A stretch of 62,455 nucleotides of DNA, counting the filler. It is 4 parts of 4 records of this genome, joined end to end, with 100 filler letters (N's around TTAATTAATTAA, not from the genome) between each part and the next. Parts side by side here need not be neighbours in the genome. Positions count along the whole stretch, not along the records: positions 27,493 to 41,502 come from DRR723986_13557; 3 more parts are not named here. One strand, 5' to 3'. The notes under the pieces were generated by a model, which made no database searches, was not told the DNA's origin, and saw only the letters and a list, made by a program, of their open reading frames with translations. Shown one piece after another: positions 27,994 through 37,836 of this stretch. The position numbers and the translations under genes are program-made. The first letter of the stretch is position 1. Each line of letters opens with the position of its first letter.

Positions 27994-29073
27994 TTAAAGT
28001 TGGCGATCCAAAATGCGGACCAGGGCGTTCTGCAAAACAATTAGTGGATCTTCCGGAGTCGATTTTAAGCGCATCTCGGCCTCACCCAATGCGCGCAGGG
28101 CGGTTTCGACGCGGTGTAGCGGAAAAACGTTGAGTGCATCCAGATAGTCGGGTACAAAGTAAGGGCTGATACCAACGGAGCCGGCCAGCTGAAATTTGTC
28201 GCGGCTAAGGCGTTGGGCGTCGTGCAGCTTCCAGAGAATGGTGAAATAACGCGCCAGCATTGTGACAATTAAGAGTTCCTGGCGGGCGGTGCTGACCATG
28301 CGCTCCATGATGCGCAAGGCCTTGATGGCATCACCGGCGCCGATAGCTTTTTGGAGTTCAAAGACGTTCCAGGATTTGGAAGCGCCCGTGATTGCAGCTA
28401 TGTCGTCACGTGTGATTGTGCGTTTTTCGCCAACATAGGTCAGGACTTTGTCTACCTCGGCGGCCAGGGCGCGCAGGGAAGTACCGGTTTGTGTGAGCAG
28501 GAGTTCGCAGGCCTCCGGCTCGATGCCGGCGCCATACGATTTAACGCGTTTGGTGATCCACGAAGCTAGTTCGCGCTCGTAAGGTTTGCGGAACTCGATC
28601 CACTCGCCTTTGTCCAGAATCAGGTTGTAGGGGAAACGGACCGACTTGAGTTTTTTCTCGGCTTTGGCCTTCTGTTTGCTGTTGCGCAGTTCGGAGCTTA
28701 CGCCGTTGAGCGCAGGAACACTGGCCTGCAGAATCAGGAACAGAGACTTGGGTGGATTGGCCAAAAAATTGGTCAGCGGGCTGGAGGCATCGGCCTTTTT
28801 GTTACCCTTACCGGCAATTTTTTCGAAGTGACGGACCGCAACAGTGCGTCGTTCGGCGAGCATGGGGAAGGCCCCCGCACGCTGCACCAGACTTTCTGCA
28901 GTAATCTCATTGCCGTCGAGGACTTCAAAATCAAAGGCGGCAATCTCGGGTGTGATCAGCTTGGAAATCAACTTGTCGTAGGCTTCTTCGCGCAGGAAAT
29001 CTTCCTCGCCAAACATCAATAGAATGTTGGGAGCTTTGGCAAAACTGTCGATGGCGCTGATTGATTTAATCAT
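27994..29073 (-). CDS. holA: DNA polymerase III delta subunit
   Basis: FGEEDFL, FDFEVLDG, FPMLAERR, EVDKVLTY and NVFELQKAIG pattern. Confidence 0.85.
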   Translation of the reverse strand: MIKSISAIDSFAKAPNILLMFGEEDFLREEAYDKLISKLITPEIAAFDFEVLDGNEITAESLVQRAGAFPMLAERRTVAVRHFEKIAGKGNKKADASSPLTNFLANPPKSLFLILQASVPALNGVSSELRNSKQKAKAEKKLKSVRFPYNLILDKGEWIEFRKPYERELASWITKRVKSYGAGIEPEACELLLTQTGTSLRALAAEVDKVLTYVGEKRTITRDDIAAITGASKSWNVFELQKAIGAGDAIKALRIMERMVSTARQELLIVTMLARYFTILWKLHDAQRLSRDKFQLAGSVGISPYFVPDYLDALNVFPLHRVETALRALGEAEMRLKSTPEDPLIVLQNALVRILDRQL

Positions 29074-29126
29074 GGTCGGCTGCTAACGCTCTAAAATTAC
29101 CGCATCGGGGAACCGGCTGGGCGGCC

Positions 29127-29543
29127 TCAGGAATTGGGCCGCAGATGTTTGTCAAAAATAGCCTTGGCTTTTTCGACTACATCAATGGTATGATAGGGTT
29201 TGATGATATATCCGCTGATTTGCATCGCCAACAGTCGGCTAATTGTCTCGGGCTGATTATCGGCCGTGCACATGATCACGGGAATGTGGGCCGTTTTCAC
29301 ATCGCGCCGGATGCGGTTAAGGACTGCGTCTCCATCGATATCCTGCATGCTGATATCCAGCAAAATCAGGTCTGGAATTTGCTCGCGCAGCATCGTCAAC
29401 GCCGGTTTACCACCCTTGGCTTCAATCACGTTGAGTTTGAGGTAACCCTCCAGCGCACGGCGCACGATTTTGCGGTGGACGCTGTCATCGTCTACCACCA
29501 TAACCGTCAGATTAGAATATGGATTGCTGTGTAAAATCGACAT
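29127..29543 (-). CDS. Single-domain response regulator (receiver) 2
   Basis: VVDDD, LILLDISM, MCTA and KPY conserved receiver residues. Start moved to ATG 29543. Confidence 0.88.
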   Translation of the reverse strand: MSILHSNPYSNLTVMVVDDDSVHRKIVRRALEGYLKLNVIEAKGGKPALTMLREQIPDLILLDISMQDIDGDAVLNRIRRDVKTAHIPVIMCTADNQPETISRLLAMQISGYIIKPYHTIDVVEKAKAIFDKHLRPNS

Positions 29544-29602
29544 GATGTTTTTTTCCCATAGAACGCGCCGGCAGTTCCGTGAATGCGCAAACGTACTCAA
29601 AT

Positions 29603-30019
29603 TTACGCTTCGCTGCGTAAAAACCTATCGAAGGTGGATTGGACTTTGGCACAAATCGTTTCTCCCGAAAAGGGTTTTACCACGAATCCGTCAATTGAGA
29701 GCGCCATCATGCGCATGATAGCCTCACGTCCTGAGTTTGCCGTGCATACAATCACTGGAATGTGGCTTGTCTTTTTATCGGCACGGATGCGATTGAGCAG
29801 TGCATCGCCGTCAATGTCAGGCAAGTTAATGTCCAGGATTATCAAATGTGGTTCGTTGCGTTTGAGCATTTGAATGGCGCTACGTCCATCGGAACACTCC
29901 AGAACATTCACTCCCAGGCCACGTTCCAAATTGCGTCGCAGGATCATGCGGTGTGAGGCCTCATCCTCTACTAGCATCACCGTCAGGTTGGAATACAACT
30001 CTTTACCAGATTTTTGCAT
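29603..30019 (-). CDS. Single-domain response regulator (receiver) 1
   Basis: LVEDE, LIILDINLP, VCTA and KPF conserved receiver residues. Confidence 0.88.
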   Translation of the reverse strand: MQKSGKELYSNLTVMLVEDEASHRMILRRNLERGLGVNVLECSDGRSAIQMLKRNEPHLIILDINLPDIDGDALLNRIRADKKTSHIPVIVCTANSGREAIMRMMALSIDGFVVKPFSGETICAKVQSTFDRFLRSEA

Positions 30020-30066
30020 GAGTTTTCTTGTTAGTCTCTGTACCGGAAACCAAAAATAACTGATTG

Positions 30067-31176
30067 TCAGGACTTTTTGCCGCCCTGGATCAGTCGCGGA
30101 TCCATAGCGTCACGCAGCCCATCGCCAAAAACATTAAACGCAAATACCGCTGCGGCTATCGCCAGGCTCGGGAATACAATTAACTCCCAGCCCACGCCCG
30201 CACTGATGTATCCGCGCCCATCGTTGATCATCTGTCCCCAGGACGCATCCGGCGGCTGTACGCCGAGCCCCAGAAAGCTCAATCCCGCTTCAGCAATGAT
30301 GGCATTCGCAAAACCCGCCGTTACCAATACCATTACAGGCCCAACTGTATTTGGTAGGATGTGGCGCATAATAATTCGCGCATCACCAAAGCCCAAAGCG
30401 CGCGCGGCTCCCACAAATTCCGTCTCCCGCAGGGAAAAAATTTGTCCACGTACAATCCGCGCAATTTCTACCCAGGCCACCAAACCAATCGCCGTAAAGG
30501 TTTGCCACCAGCCCTCGCCCAGAATTACGGAGAATACAATGACGAGCAGAATAAAAGGAAATGACCAGACGACGTTGATTAACCACAAAATTACGTCATC
30601 AGTTCTTCCACGGAAATAGCCGGCCAAAGCGCCGAGCAGCATGCCGATTGTCAACGCTATAAATTGTGAGAAAATACCGACGCTGATACTGATGCGCGCG
30701 CCGGCCAAAATGCGGCTGAAAATGTCGCGTCCAAAACGATCCGTCCCAAAAATGTAGAGCGGCTCGTGATACCAGTCGTCCCGGCTATCGCCAAACATTT
30801 CGCTCAGCGCGATTGCACCTGCGCGTCCGTCATCTGCGACGTACTGGACCGAATCGGCCTGGACTGTGAAGCTCTGTACCGGCACGGAAATGGCGTCGGC
30901 AGGGTTGGCAGGATTATAGCGCAGGAGCACGGCTCCGCGGAACATCATCGGTTTGATCGAATATTCCAGAATCTGCTGGTTGGGATTGTGCGGGCTTATC
31001 CAGGGCGCCAGAATGGCAATGCCCACGAAGAGGATAATGGTATACAATCCAGCCAGTGCCAGCTTATTCGTGCGCAGCTTGCGCCAGGATACGGCCCAAA
31101 GGCTCTCGGCCTGGCGGCTGCCGGTCTGAGCGCCGGGCGCTGCGTTGTCCGTTGTATGTGTCTCGGTCTCGTGCAT
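30067..31176 (-). CDS. Oligopeptide ABC permease, OppC/DppC family
   Basis: FGTDRFGRDIFSR, EAA-like loop FVGAARALG..RHILPN and LSFLGLGVQPP..WG motifs. Confidence 0.9.
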   Translation of the reverse strand: MHETETHTTDNAAPGAQTGSRQAESLWAVSWRKLRTNKLALAGLYTIILFVGIAILAPWISPHNPNQQILEYSIKPMMFRGAVLLRYNPANPADAISVPVQSFTVQADSVQYVADDGRAGAIALSEMFGDSRDDWYHEPLYIFGTDRFGRDIFSRILAGARISISVGIFSQFIALTIGMLLGALAGYFRGRTDDVILWLINVVWSFPFILLVIVFSVILGEGWWQTFTAIGLVAWVEIARIVRGQIFSLRETEFVGAARALGFGDARIIMRHILPNTVGPVMVLVTAGFANAIIAEAGLSFLGLGVQPPDASWGQMINDGRGYISAGVGWELIVFPSLAIAAAVFAFNVFGDGLRDAMDPRLIQGGKKS

Positions 31177-31190
31177 GTATCGCTGGGGCC

Positions 31191-32123
31191 TTATCGCATT
31201 CTGACCCGTGGGTCCAGCCAGGCGTAGGCCACATCCACCAGAAGATTAATGACAACAAAAACCAGAGCCGTAAAGAGCACGGTTCCCTGGATCATAGGAT
31301 AGTCAAGTTGATTGATCGCATTAATTGTCAGCAGGCCAATGCCGGGCCAGTAAAAGATGTATTCGATAAAGAATGTACCGGCCAGGACTGCCGCCACCCA
31401 GCCGCTGATTGTTGTAATGACGGGGTTGAGCGCGTTGCGCAGCGCGTGTTTAAGTACAACCACTCGCTCTGAGAGACCCTTGGAGCGCGCCGTGCGGATG
31501 AAGTCGGTATCCAGTGTTTCGAGCATCGCACCACGCGTAACGCGCGCAATAATAGACAGCGGGCGAATCCCAAGTGTCAATGCCGGTAGAATCAAATGTT
31601 CCCAGCCGCGCGTCACATATCCCGAAGGCGGAAGTAATCCCCAGACCGTCACAAACAGCAGTGCCAGCAGCGGGCCGGCCACATAACTGGGTAGCGAAAT
31701 GCCGAGCAGCGCCAGACTCATGGAACTGCTGTCGATCCAGGTATGTGCCTTGATGGCCGAAAACACGCCAATCATGATTCCAACAATCGTGGCAAAGAGC
31801 ATTGCGGAGCCCGCCAGGAGCGCCGTAGCCGGTACGCGTTCGGCGATTGATTCTACCACGTGGCGGTTACTGGCAAAGCTGCGTCCCAGGTCTTGTTCCA
31901 ATACGATGGCACCTACAAAACTGACGTAGCGCTCGTACCAGGGTCTGTCCAGGCCCATCTTGGCGCGGATTGCCGCAATTGACTCCGCGTCGGCGCGCTG
32001 CGCCATTTGCAGGCGTGCAGGATCACCGGGGAGCATGAATGTCGTGATGACAAAACTCACCGAGATAACGCCCCAGAGTACAATCAGGGCGTAGATCAAT
32101 TTGCGTATGACATATCCAATCAT
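31191..32123 (-). CDS. Oligopeptide ABC permease, OppB/DppB family
   Basis: PGDPA, DLGRSF, FIRTARSKGL..HALRNA and DYPMIQG motifs. Confidence 0.92.
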   Translation of the reverse strand: MIGYVIRKLIYALIVLWGVISVSFVITTFMLPGDPARLQMAQRADAESIAAIRAKMGLDRPWYERYVSFVGAIVLEQDLGRSFASNRHVVESIAERVPATALLAGSAMLFATIVGIMIGVFSAIKAHTWIDSSSMSLALLGISLPSYVAGPLLALLFVTVWGLLPPSGYVTRGWEHLILPALTLGIRPLSIIARVTRGAMLETLDTDFIRTARSKGLSERVVVLKHALRNALNPVITTISGWVAAVLAGTFFIEYIFYWPGIGLLTINAINQLDYPMIQGTVLFTALVFVVINLLVDVAYAWLDPRVRMR

Positions 32124-32132
32124 TTGTTTGGC

Positions 32133-33029
32133 CTAATCCACTACCAAAACTTTGGACGGCAATTCACCATCTTCTGCAAACTGTAAGAGTGCCTCAATTG
32201 CGCGCTCGCTCAGGGCTTCACCGCGTGCTGCTACCAGCAAACCAAAACTTGTATAATAATCTTGCGCCAGGCTCATGCCGGGCCGCAAGTAATTGGGCGC
32301 AACCCGTTTGACGAGCTTGTCACCCAGCAAACGCCGCTCTTGTTCCATTATGAGCGTAAATGCGTCAACAACTTTGCGATGGAAGAGCACGCCGGCTTTC
32401 TTTTCCAGGTGATTCATCACCGTTGCGTAGCGCGGGCGGCTCGTCTGCAAGAATGCACCTGTGGAACGAATTGTGCTGGACACGCCGGATTGATCGTCGG
32501 GCATGACTCCTTTGCGATACATCATATTGTGGAAGGTATCAACCACCGCAATTATCAGAGCTCCCGGGCCAATTGCACCTTCGCGCAGGTGCTTCGGAAA
32601 ACCGGACCCATCCTGGCGCTCGTGGTGCTGGCGCACAATCTCTGCGACTGCACCCAGGCTTTTGTGCTGTTCGAGCATCGCCGCGCCCAACTCGGCATGC
32701 CGCGCATATTCGGCAAAATCGGCTTCCTTCAATTCTGAAGGGAAGCGTGCGAGTATGCGTTCGGGGAGGCCAACTTTTCCAATATCGTGCAATTTCCCGG
32801 CTGTCTGCACCGCAAAGACGTCTTTGGCATTCAGCCCCAGCTGTCTGGCTGTTTCGGCCGACTTATAGGCCACAAAGTGGCTGTGGCTGCCTTCGTGGAA
32901 GCGTTCAAAAGCACCGACAACCGCGCCGAGCATGTCCACTGTTTCCAGAAAACTCTCAGCCAGTTGATCGCTCAGGCGCTCAACTTTGGCTGCAAGGTTT
33001 GTGGAGTCCTGGGAATTGTGCGCGTTCAT
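32133..33029 (-). CDS. HD-GYP-like cyclic dinucleotide phosphodiesterase
   Basis: LHDIGK, HHERQDGSGFP (GYP to GFP variant), IIAVVD; C-terminal LRPGMSLAQD accessory module. Confidence 0.8.
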   Translation of the reverse strand: MNAHNSQDSTNLAAKVERLSDQLAESFLETVDMLGAVVGAFERFHEGSHSHFVAYKSAETARQLGLNAKDVFAVQTAGKLHDIGKVGLPERILARFPSELKEADFAEYARHAELGAAMLEQHKSLGAVAEIVRQHHERQDGSGFPKHLREGAIGPGALIIAVVDTFHNMMYRKGVMPDDQSGVSSTIRSTGAFLQTSRPRYATVMNHLEKKAGVLFHRKVVDAFTLIMEQERRLLGDKLVKRVAPNYLRPGMSLAQDYYTSFGLLVAARGEALSERAIEALLQFAEDGELPSKVLVVD

Positions 33030-33180
33030 AAACGTAAATTACTCGTCGGGCAAGCCCTGGTTGCGGATGTTCAAAACTGAAAGTGAGCCACGACCAGCGC
33101 TCATTTCCATGAATTTGCATTGAGTTGGAGTCTTTGAGACTACGGACCCGAACACTACAGGCATCAAAGCCAAACGTCGT

Positions 33181-34017
33181 CTAAATTTCTTCCAAAGTTG
33201 TCAGTTCCACTGAGAGCGGTGCAAAGCCCAGGAAACGCGTTGCCGTGTCCGAAAATTCATCGACTTTGTCTGTCACAAAACAGCGGATGTGTTCGGCTGC
33301 CAGCGGCGAGATGGCTGTCGGGTCGGATTTGCGAACCAGGCCTGAGCCAGGCAGCGTCTGCAGTGCACGTCGTGCGGCTTCAGCACCCGAATTGATAAGT
33401 TTTACGTCCGGCAGCTGCGCCTGAATTACATCAATCAGCAGTGGATAGTGGGTACATCCAAGGATTAATGTGTCTATCCCTGAGTTGCGCATGGGACGCA
33501 GGTAACGCTCGGCAATCATGTGGACTGCAGGATGGTCCTGCCAGCCTTCTTCGGCCAGCGGAACAAACAGGCGGCAGGCCTCTGCCGGGAAAGTTGTTGG
33601 ATCAACCCCGCTTTTTTGCGCCAGGATTTGTTGATAGGCCTGGCTGGCTACAGTCGCATGTGTGCCGATGATGCCTATATTTTTGCTGCCGGATTGCGCC
33701 AGTGCCGCATCTACGGCCGGTTCAATGGTGCCAACAACGGGTACATCCGTCATCTGCTGAATTGCATCCAGCGTCAACGCCGACGCAGTATTGCAGGCGA
33801 CGATGATCATATCGACTTTGTGGCTGAGCAAGAACTGGGCACACTGCCGCGCATAACGCCGGATAGTTTGTGCCGACTTGGTGCCATATGGCACGCGTGC
33901 AGTGTCGCCCAAATAAATCAATGAATGCTGCGGAAATACCGTAAGTAATTCGCGTAGAACGGTTAGTCCGCCCACGCCGGAATCAAATACGCCAATTGTG
34001 TTTGCCTCTTCTTGCAT
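33181..34017 (-). CDS. murI: Glutamate racemase
   Basis: FDSGVGGLTV, PYGTKS, ACNTAS and LGCTHYP motifs. Confidence 0.95.
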   Translation of the reverse strand: MQEEANTIGVFDSGVGGLTVLRELLTVFPQHSLIYLGDTARVPYGTKSAQTIRRYARQCAQFLLSHKVDMIIVACNTASALTLDAIQQMTDVPVVGTIEPAVDAALAQSGSKNIGIIGTHATVASQAYQQILAQKSGVDPTTFPAEACRLFVPLAEEGWQDHPAVHMIAERYLRPMRNSGIDTLILGCTHYPLLIDVIQAQLPDVKLINSGAEAARRALQTLPGSGLVRKSDPTAISPLAAEHIRCFVTDKVDEFSDTATRFLGFAPLSVELTTLEEI

Positions 34018-34152
34018 AAGCCACTAACTTACGAATCTTTCGGCTGGTGTTTACAAGTCGTTTTAGGCTGAAAATTTGGAATTATGTCTGGAGACGCGTC
34101 CGGACTTATCCATTAGCTTCGCAACGTTCGGTGCCCAAACGGTTTTCACGAT

Positions 34153-37100
34153 ATGATGCAGTGTCGCCAATTATTAATCGCCCTCTTGTGCCTTTGCCCA
34201 ATTGTTGGGGCCGGCCCGCTCCAAGCTCAGCCGGCTGACGAAGTTGTGGTGCACACAAATCTTCCGGTCGTCTTCAGCTCACAATGGCCGCATTGGGAAA
34301 ATACACTCTACCGCTGGACCGTGCGCGGTTCCGGCTTTTTTGGTGACGCCGGCACTAACCTAAGGATCGTCGCCGATGCGCGTTTTGTCTTGGGAGAAGT
34401 CAATAACTTCCCAAATCCGCGTTTGCCGCTGAACGACAATGCCGACGACTTTACGGAGTACTGTGAGCGCATTTCCGATCCGTGCAACATGTATCTGGCC
34501 ACCAACGCGCTTTCCGGAAATGGCTACGTTCTGGGGCGTCTGCGCCCAAGCAATGCTTCTGAGATGAAGCCATTTCGTTTTGTGCCTCAGCTGGACGTTT
34601 ACAACCCAGAGCATGTTTATACAGTCGAGGTCACCGGCAGCGGCGGACCCGGCGAGTTCATGTTTGTTGACCAGTATAATCGCGATCTGGGGCCTGCAGT
34701 CCAGGAATTTTACAACGACAATTTTACGGGTGAAGACACTACACAGTTTTTCATCCAGATTGAACGCCTCAGCCCACAGCTCCTGGTGCGCGATCCCGAA
34801 GCCGAAGAGATTATCAACCAGCCAGACGAAATCCTGCGGACAACAGACCTGGAGTTTGGTCTGCTGAGTGTTAATCAGGGGAGCCGTCAAATTCAACGCG
34901 TCCTGCTGAATGGCGGCCTGCAAGACCTTGAAATCACAAACATTGAGGTCGAAGCACCACGGCAGCTGGACCGGAATCAGTTCCGCGTCACGCGATCAGA
35001 CGGCCAGCCGCTGGGCACGCCCGTCACGCTGCGGCATAACATTGATGAACTGGGACTGACAATCGAGTTTGATCCTCTCGTGGTTGATGTGTTCTCTGCG
35101 ACGCTGCGCGTGTTTTGCAATGATCCAAATCAGAATGAAGGGACAGGTAGTTTCTTCAGCTTCACACTTAGCGGCGAAGGTACCGACGCGGCCGTGAGTT
35201 TTCGCGAAGATGCAGGCGCTACTGAAGTTCTGGCGGATGTGGACTTTGGCAACATCCACGTTGATAATAATGGCAGCACTCAAGTTGTGATCCGTTCCGA
35301 CGGTAGCAGCCTGGCCAGTGGTGTTAAACTGGAAGGGCTTGATGCGCCTTTTCGCGCGCGTGCCTCCTGGGGTAACGGAGCGATTGACCTGGATTCCGAC
35401 GACAGCCGCACAATTGACATTGACTTTGACACGACGCTGCCGGGGCGCTTCACTGATACGCTTAATGTAAGTGGGCTTAACTTCTCCCCGCAGCGCCTGA
35501 TTCTACATGCCTACAGCTACTTTGACTCAGTAGTGATTTTCCACAACTGGGACCGCCGTCATGACCTGCGCGACACAATTGATTTTGGCTACCGTGCCGC
35601 CGGCGAGAAATACGATACCCTCTCATTTTTTGTGCGTAACTACGGCAACATGGAAGCCATGTTTGTACGTAATCAGAAAACGGGTCCAGACTACGTTATC
35701 GAACGCGTCCGCAATACTGGAAATCAAGTAATCTCAGATACGGAACATTTTGACGATGACCTTATCGAAGTACTTCCGCCCAACCACATCTTTCCACGCA
35801 GGCCGCTGGATCTCCCTGGATCATATTCTGAGCGCGAGTTCAGGATGATCTTCAGAGGTGATCATGACGACCTCGGCGATGTTCCGTCCGGCCTGAAGTT
35901 GGTTAAGTTCGACTTTTGGCTGCGCGATACGGTTGACACGTCACGCATCTTCAAAAAGGAGTTTGCTGTTCGCGCCGTCAAAACAAACTCATTGTTAGTA
36001 GCTGAGCCGCCAATTCTCGACTTTGGATTCGTGTATCTGGACACGGAAAAAGAAGAAAATGCCGAGCTTGAAAATTGTGGTGAAGCGATTGAGGCCATGC
36101 GCGCACAACTTATCGATCAAAACCCTGCCGGCAACAACTTTGATCTTTGGGTTGACATTCCTGCCTTTCCGACGCAGATGGCAGCCAATCAAAAACTTCC
36201 AGTAACATTTCGTTATACGCCCACAGATATGGGGCCGGATCGCGCCGAATTCAAAGTTGCTTATACAACGCAGGGTGACGACGCGCGCGACGATTCAACG
36301 CGAATTCAGGTGCGCGGTTTTGGCGTTCAGCAAAAGTTAACGTTTACCGATCTGAGTTCGGAATCTATTGCACCAACAGTCGAAGATCGTGGAGATACGG
36401 TCATCATCGATCTGGGCGAAGTTAATGCCTGTAATGACGACCGCACTTTTTCATTCCGCCTGCGCAACGACGGCAACTTCCCCTATGGTGTCAAATCTGT
36501 TAAACGCCGAACAAATAGCGTTGACAACGGCTTCATCATTGAAAACCTGCCAACCAACGGCCAAAGCCTGGAGCCGAATGAATTCTTTGGTCCAATTCTC
36601 GTCACGTTTGCTCCACTGATTATTAGTGGACAAGGTGTCGAGCAAGAAGTTGAACGCATCATCGAGAGTGACATCGTCGACCGCGTCGCTAACTCACCTG
36701 ACTCCGTTCGCACTCTGGTGCTGGTGTTTCGCGCACGTCCTGTCTCCGCCGACCTGGCTACGGAAGTGCTGGGGCCACTGGATGAACAGGAACGTTTAAA
36801 CTTTGACTCATTGACCGTGTTAACAGACTGTTTGAACGAGCGCGAGTACGCCTTACGCGTTGTTAACTCTGGGAATCTCGATTTACGGCTTGACAACGTC
36901 AACTTAAACACGCCAGAAATATTTACATTCAGCGGCGCTACGAACAGGGTGCTGCGGCCGGGAACGTCGGACACGATCTACATCCGTTTCCAGCCCAACA
37001 GTATTGGTTTTGTATTCGATACGCTGCGCTTTAATCACAATGGCGGCTGTCCGGATTCAACCTTCGCATTGCCGTTGGTAGGAGTTGGTGTCGCGCCGCC

Positions 37101-37836
37101 TTCACTTAAGGTTGACATTCCCAAAGTCACGCGTGCCAGGCCCGGATCAATCATCGATTTGCCGCTTTTATTGCCCAGGCTGGCAATGCAGCAGCAGCTT
37201 TCAGACATCCAGTCTATCAAAGTCGAACTAGACTACAATCCCACGCTCCTGCAGTTTGAAGATTTCCAGACAGCTGGATCCGCGAGTATTCCACTTAGCC
37301 GCGATGACATCAGTGCGAGCGAAACCGATGGGCACTTGAGACTTGAGATACGCAGCTCTGATGCACTGGTCGAGTCGGACACACTTCTGCGTCTGCGCTT
37401 CAGGACCTACGTTGGTGATGCCGTACTCACGCCCATAAATATTAACGGAATTGAAATTGGCAACAGCCTTTGCCCGGAAGTTGTCAGTGTTGACACCGTC
37501 GGCTCCGGCGGCATGTTTGTTGCCGATTCCGTCTGTGGAGTTCACGTTCTAACCGTGGGCAACAGCAGCGGCATTCTGTTTAATCTGCGCCCGCCCACAC
37601 CTAACCCAATCGAAGGTGACATTGCGATTGAGTATGAGGTCGCCTATGCCACCGACGTACAGATTGCGCTCTTTAACTCGATGGGCATTCTGGTGCGCCA
37701 GGTGGCCACAGGTAAACACCCCTCCGGCGTCTACCGTGCCGAGCTGAGTGGCGCGGAACTGGCGGCGGGAACGTATTACTGTGTAATGCGCGCTGGAATT
37801 TATTCTGCAACGCACACGATGGTCAAGGCCCGATGA
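34153..37836 (+). CDS. 1227-aa secreted surface protein: Ig-like (ASH/choice-of-anchor D-type) repeats, cohesin-like domain, T9SS-type C-terminal sorting domain
   Basis: Signal peptide ending LQA-Q; six DFG-like repeat starts each followed by an NxG-like motif; ELDYNPTLL segment; C-terminal PNP..IEYEV..IALFNSMG..GTYYC. Confidence 0.7.
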   Translation: MMQCRQLLIALLCLCPIVGAGPLQAQPADEVVVHTNLPVVFSSQWPHWENTLYRWTVRGSGFFGDAGTNLRIVADARFVLGEVNNFPNPRLPLNDNADDFTEYCERISDPCNMYLATNALSGNGYVLGRLRPSNASEMKPFRFVPQLDVYNPEHVYTVEVTGSGGPGEFMFVDQYNRDLGPAVQEFYNDNFTGEDTTQFFIQIERLSPQLLVRDPEAEEIINQPDEILRTTDLEFGLLSVNQGSRQIQRVLLNGGLQDLEITNIEVEAPRQLDRNQFRVTRSDGQPLGTPVTLRHNIDELGLTIEFDPLVVDVFSATLRVFCNDPNQNEGTGSFFSFTLSGEGTDAAVSFREDAGATEVLADVDFGNIHVDNNGSTQVVIRSDGSSLASGVKLEGLDAPFRARASWGNGAIDLDSDDSRTIDIDFDTTLPGRFTDTLNVSGLNFSPQRLILHAYSYFDSVVIFHNWDRRHDLRDTIDFGYRAAGEKYDTLSFFVRNYGNMEAMFVRNQKTGPDYVIERVRNTGNQVISDTEHFDDDLIEVLPPNHIFPRRPLDLPGSYSEREFRMIFRGDHDDLGDVPSGLKLVKFDFWLRDTVDTSRIFKKEFAVRAVKTNSLLVAEPPILDFGFVYLDTEKEENAELENCGEAIEAMRAQLIDQNPAGNNFDLWVDIPAFPTQMAANQKLPVTFRYTPTDMGPDRAEFKVAYTTQGDDARDDSTRIQVRGFGVQQKLTFTDLSSESIAPTVEDRGDTVIIDLGEVNACNDDRTFSFRLRNDGNFPYGVKSVKRRTNSVDNGFIIENLPTNGQSLEPNEFFGPILVTFAPLIISGQGVEQEVERIIESDIVDRVANSPDSVRTLVLVFRARPVSADLATEVLGPLDEQERLNFDSLTVLTDCLNEREYALRVVNSGNLDLRLDNVNLNTPEIFTFSGATNRVLRPGTSDTIYIRFQPNSIGFVFDTLRFNHNGGCPDSTFALPLVGVGVAPPSLKVDIPKVTRARPGSIIDLPLLLPRLAMQQQLSDIQSIKVELDYNPTLLQFEDFQTAGSASIPLSRDDISASETDGHLRLEIRSSDALVESDTLLRLRFRTYVGDAVLTPININGIEIGNSLCPEVVSVDTVGSGGMFVADSVCGVHVLTVGNSSGILFNLRPPTPNPIEGDIAIEYEVAYATDVQIALFNSMGILVRQVATGKHPSGVYRAELSGAELAAGTYYCVMRAGIYSATHTMVKAR

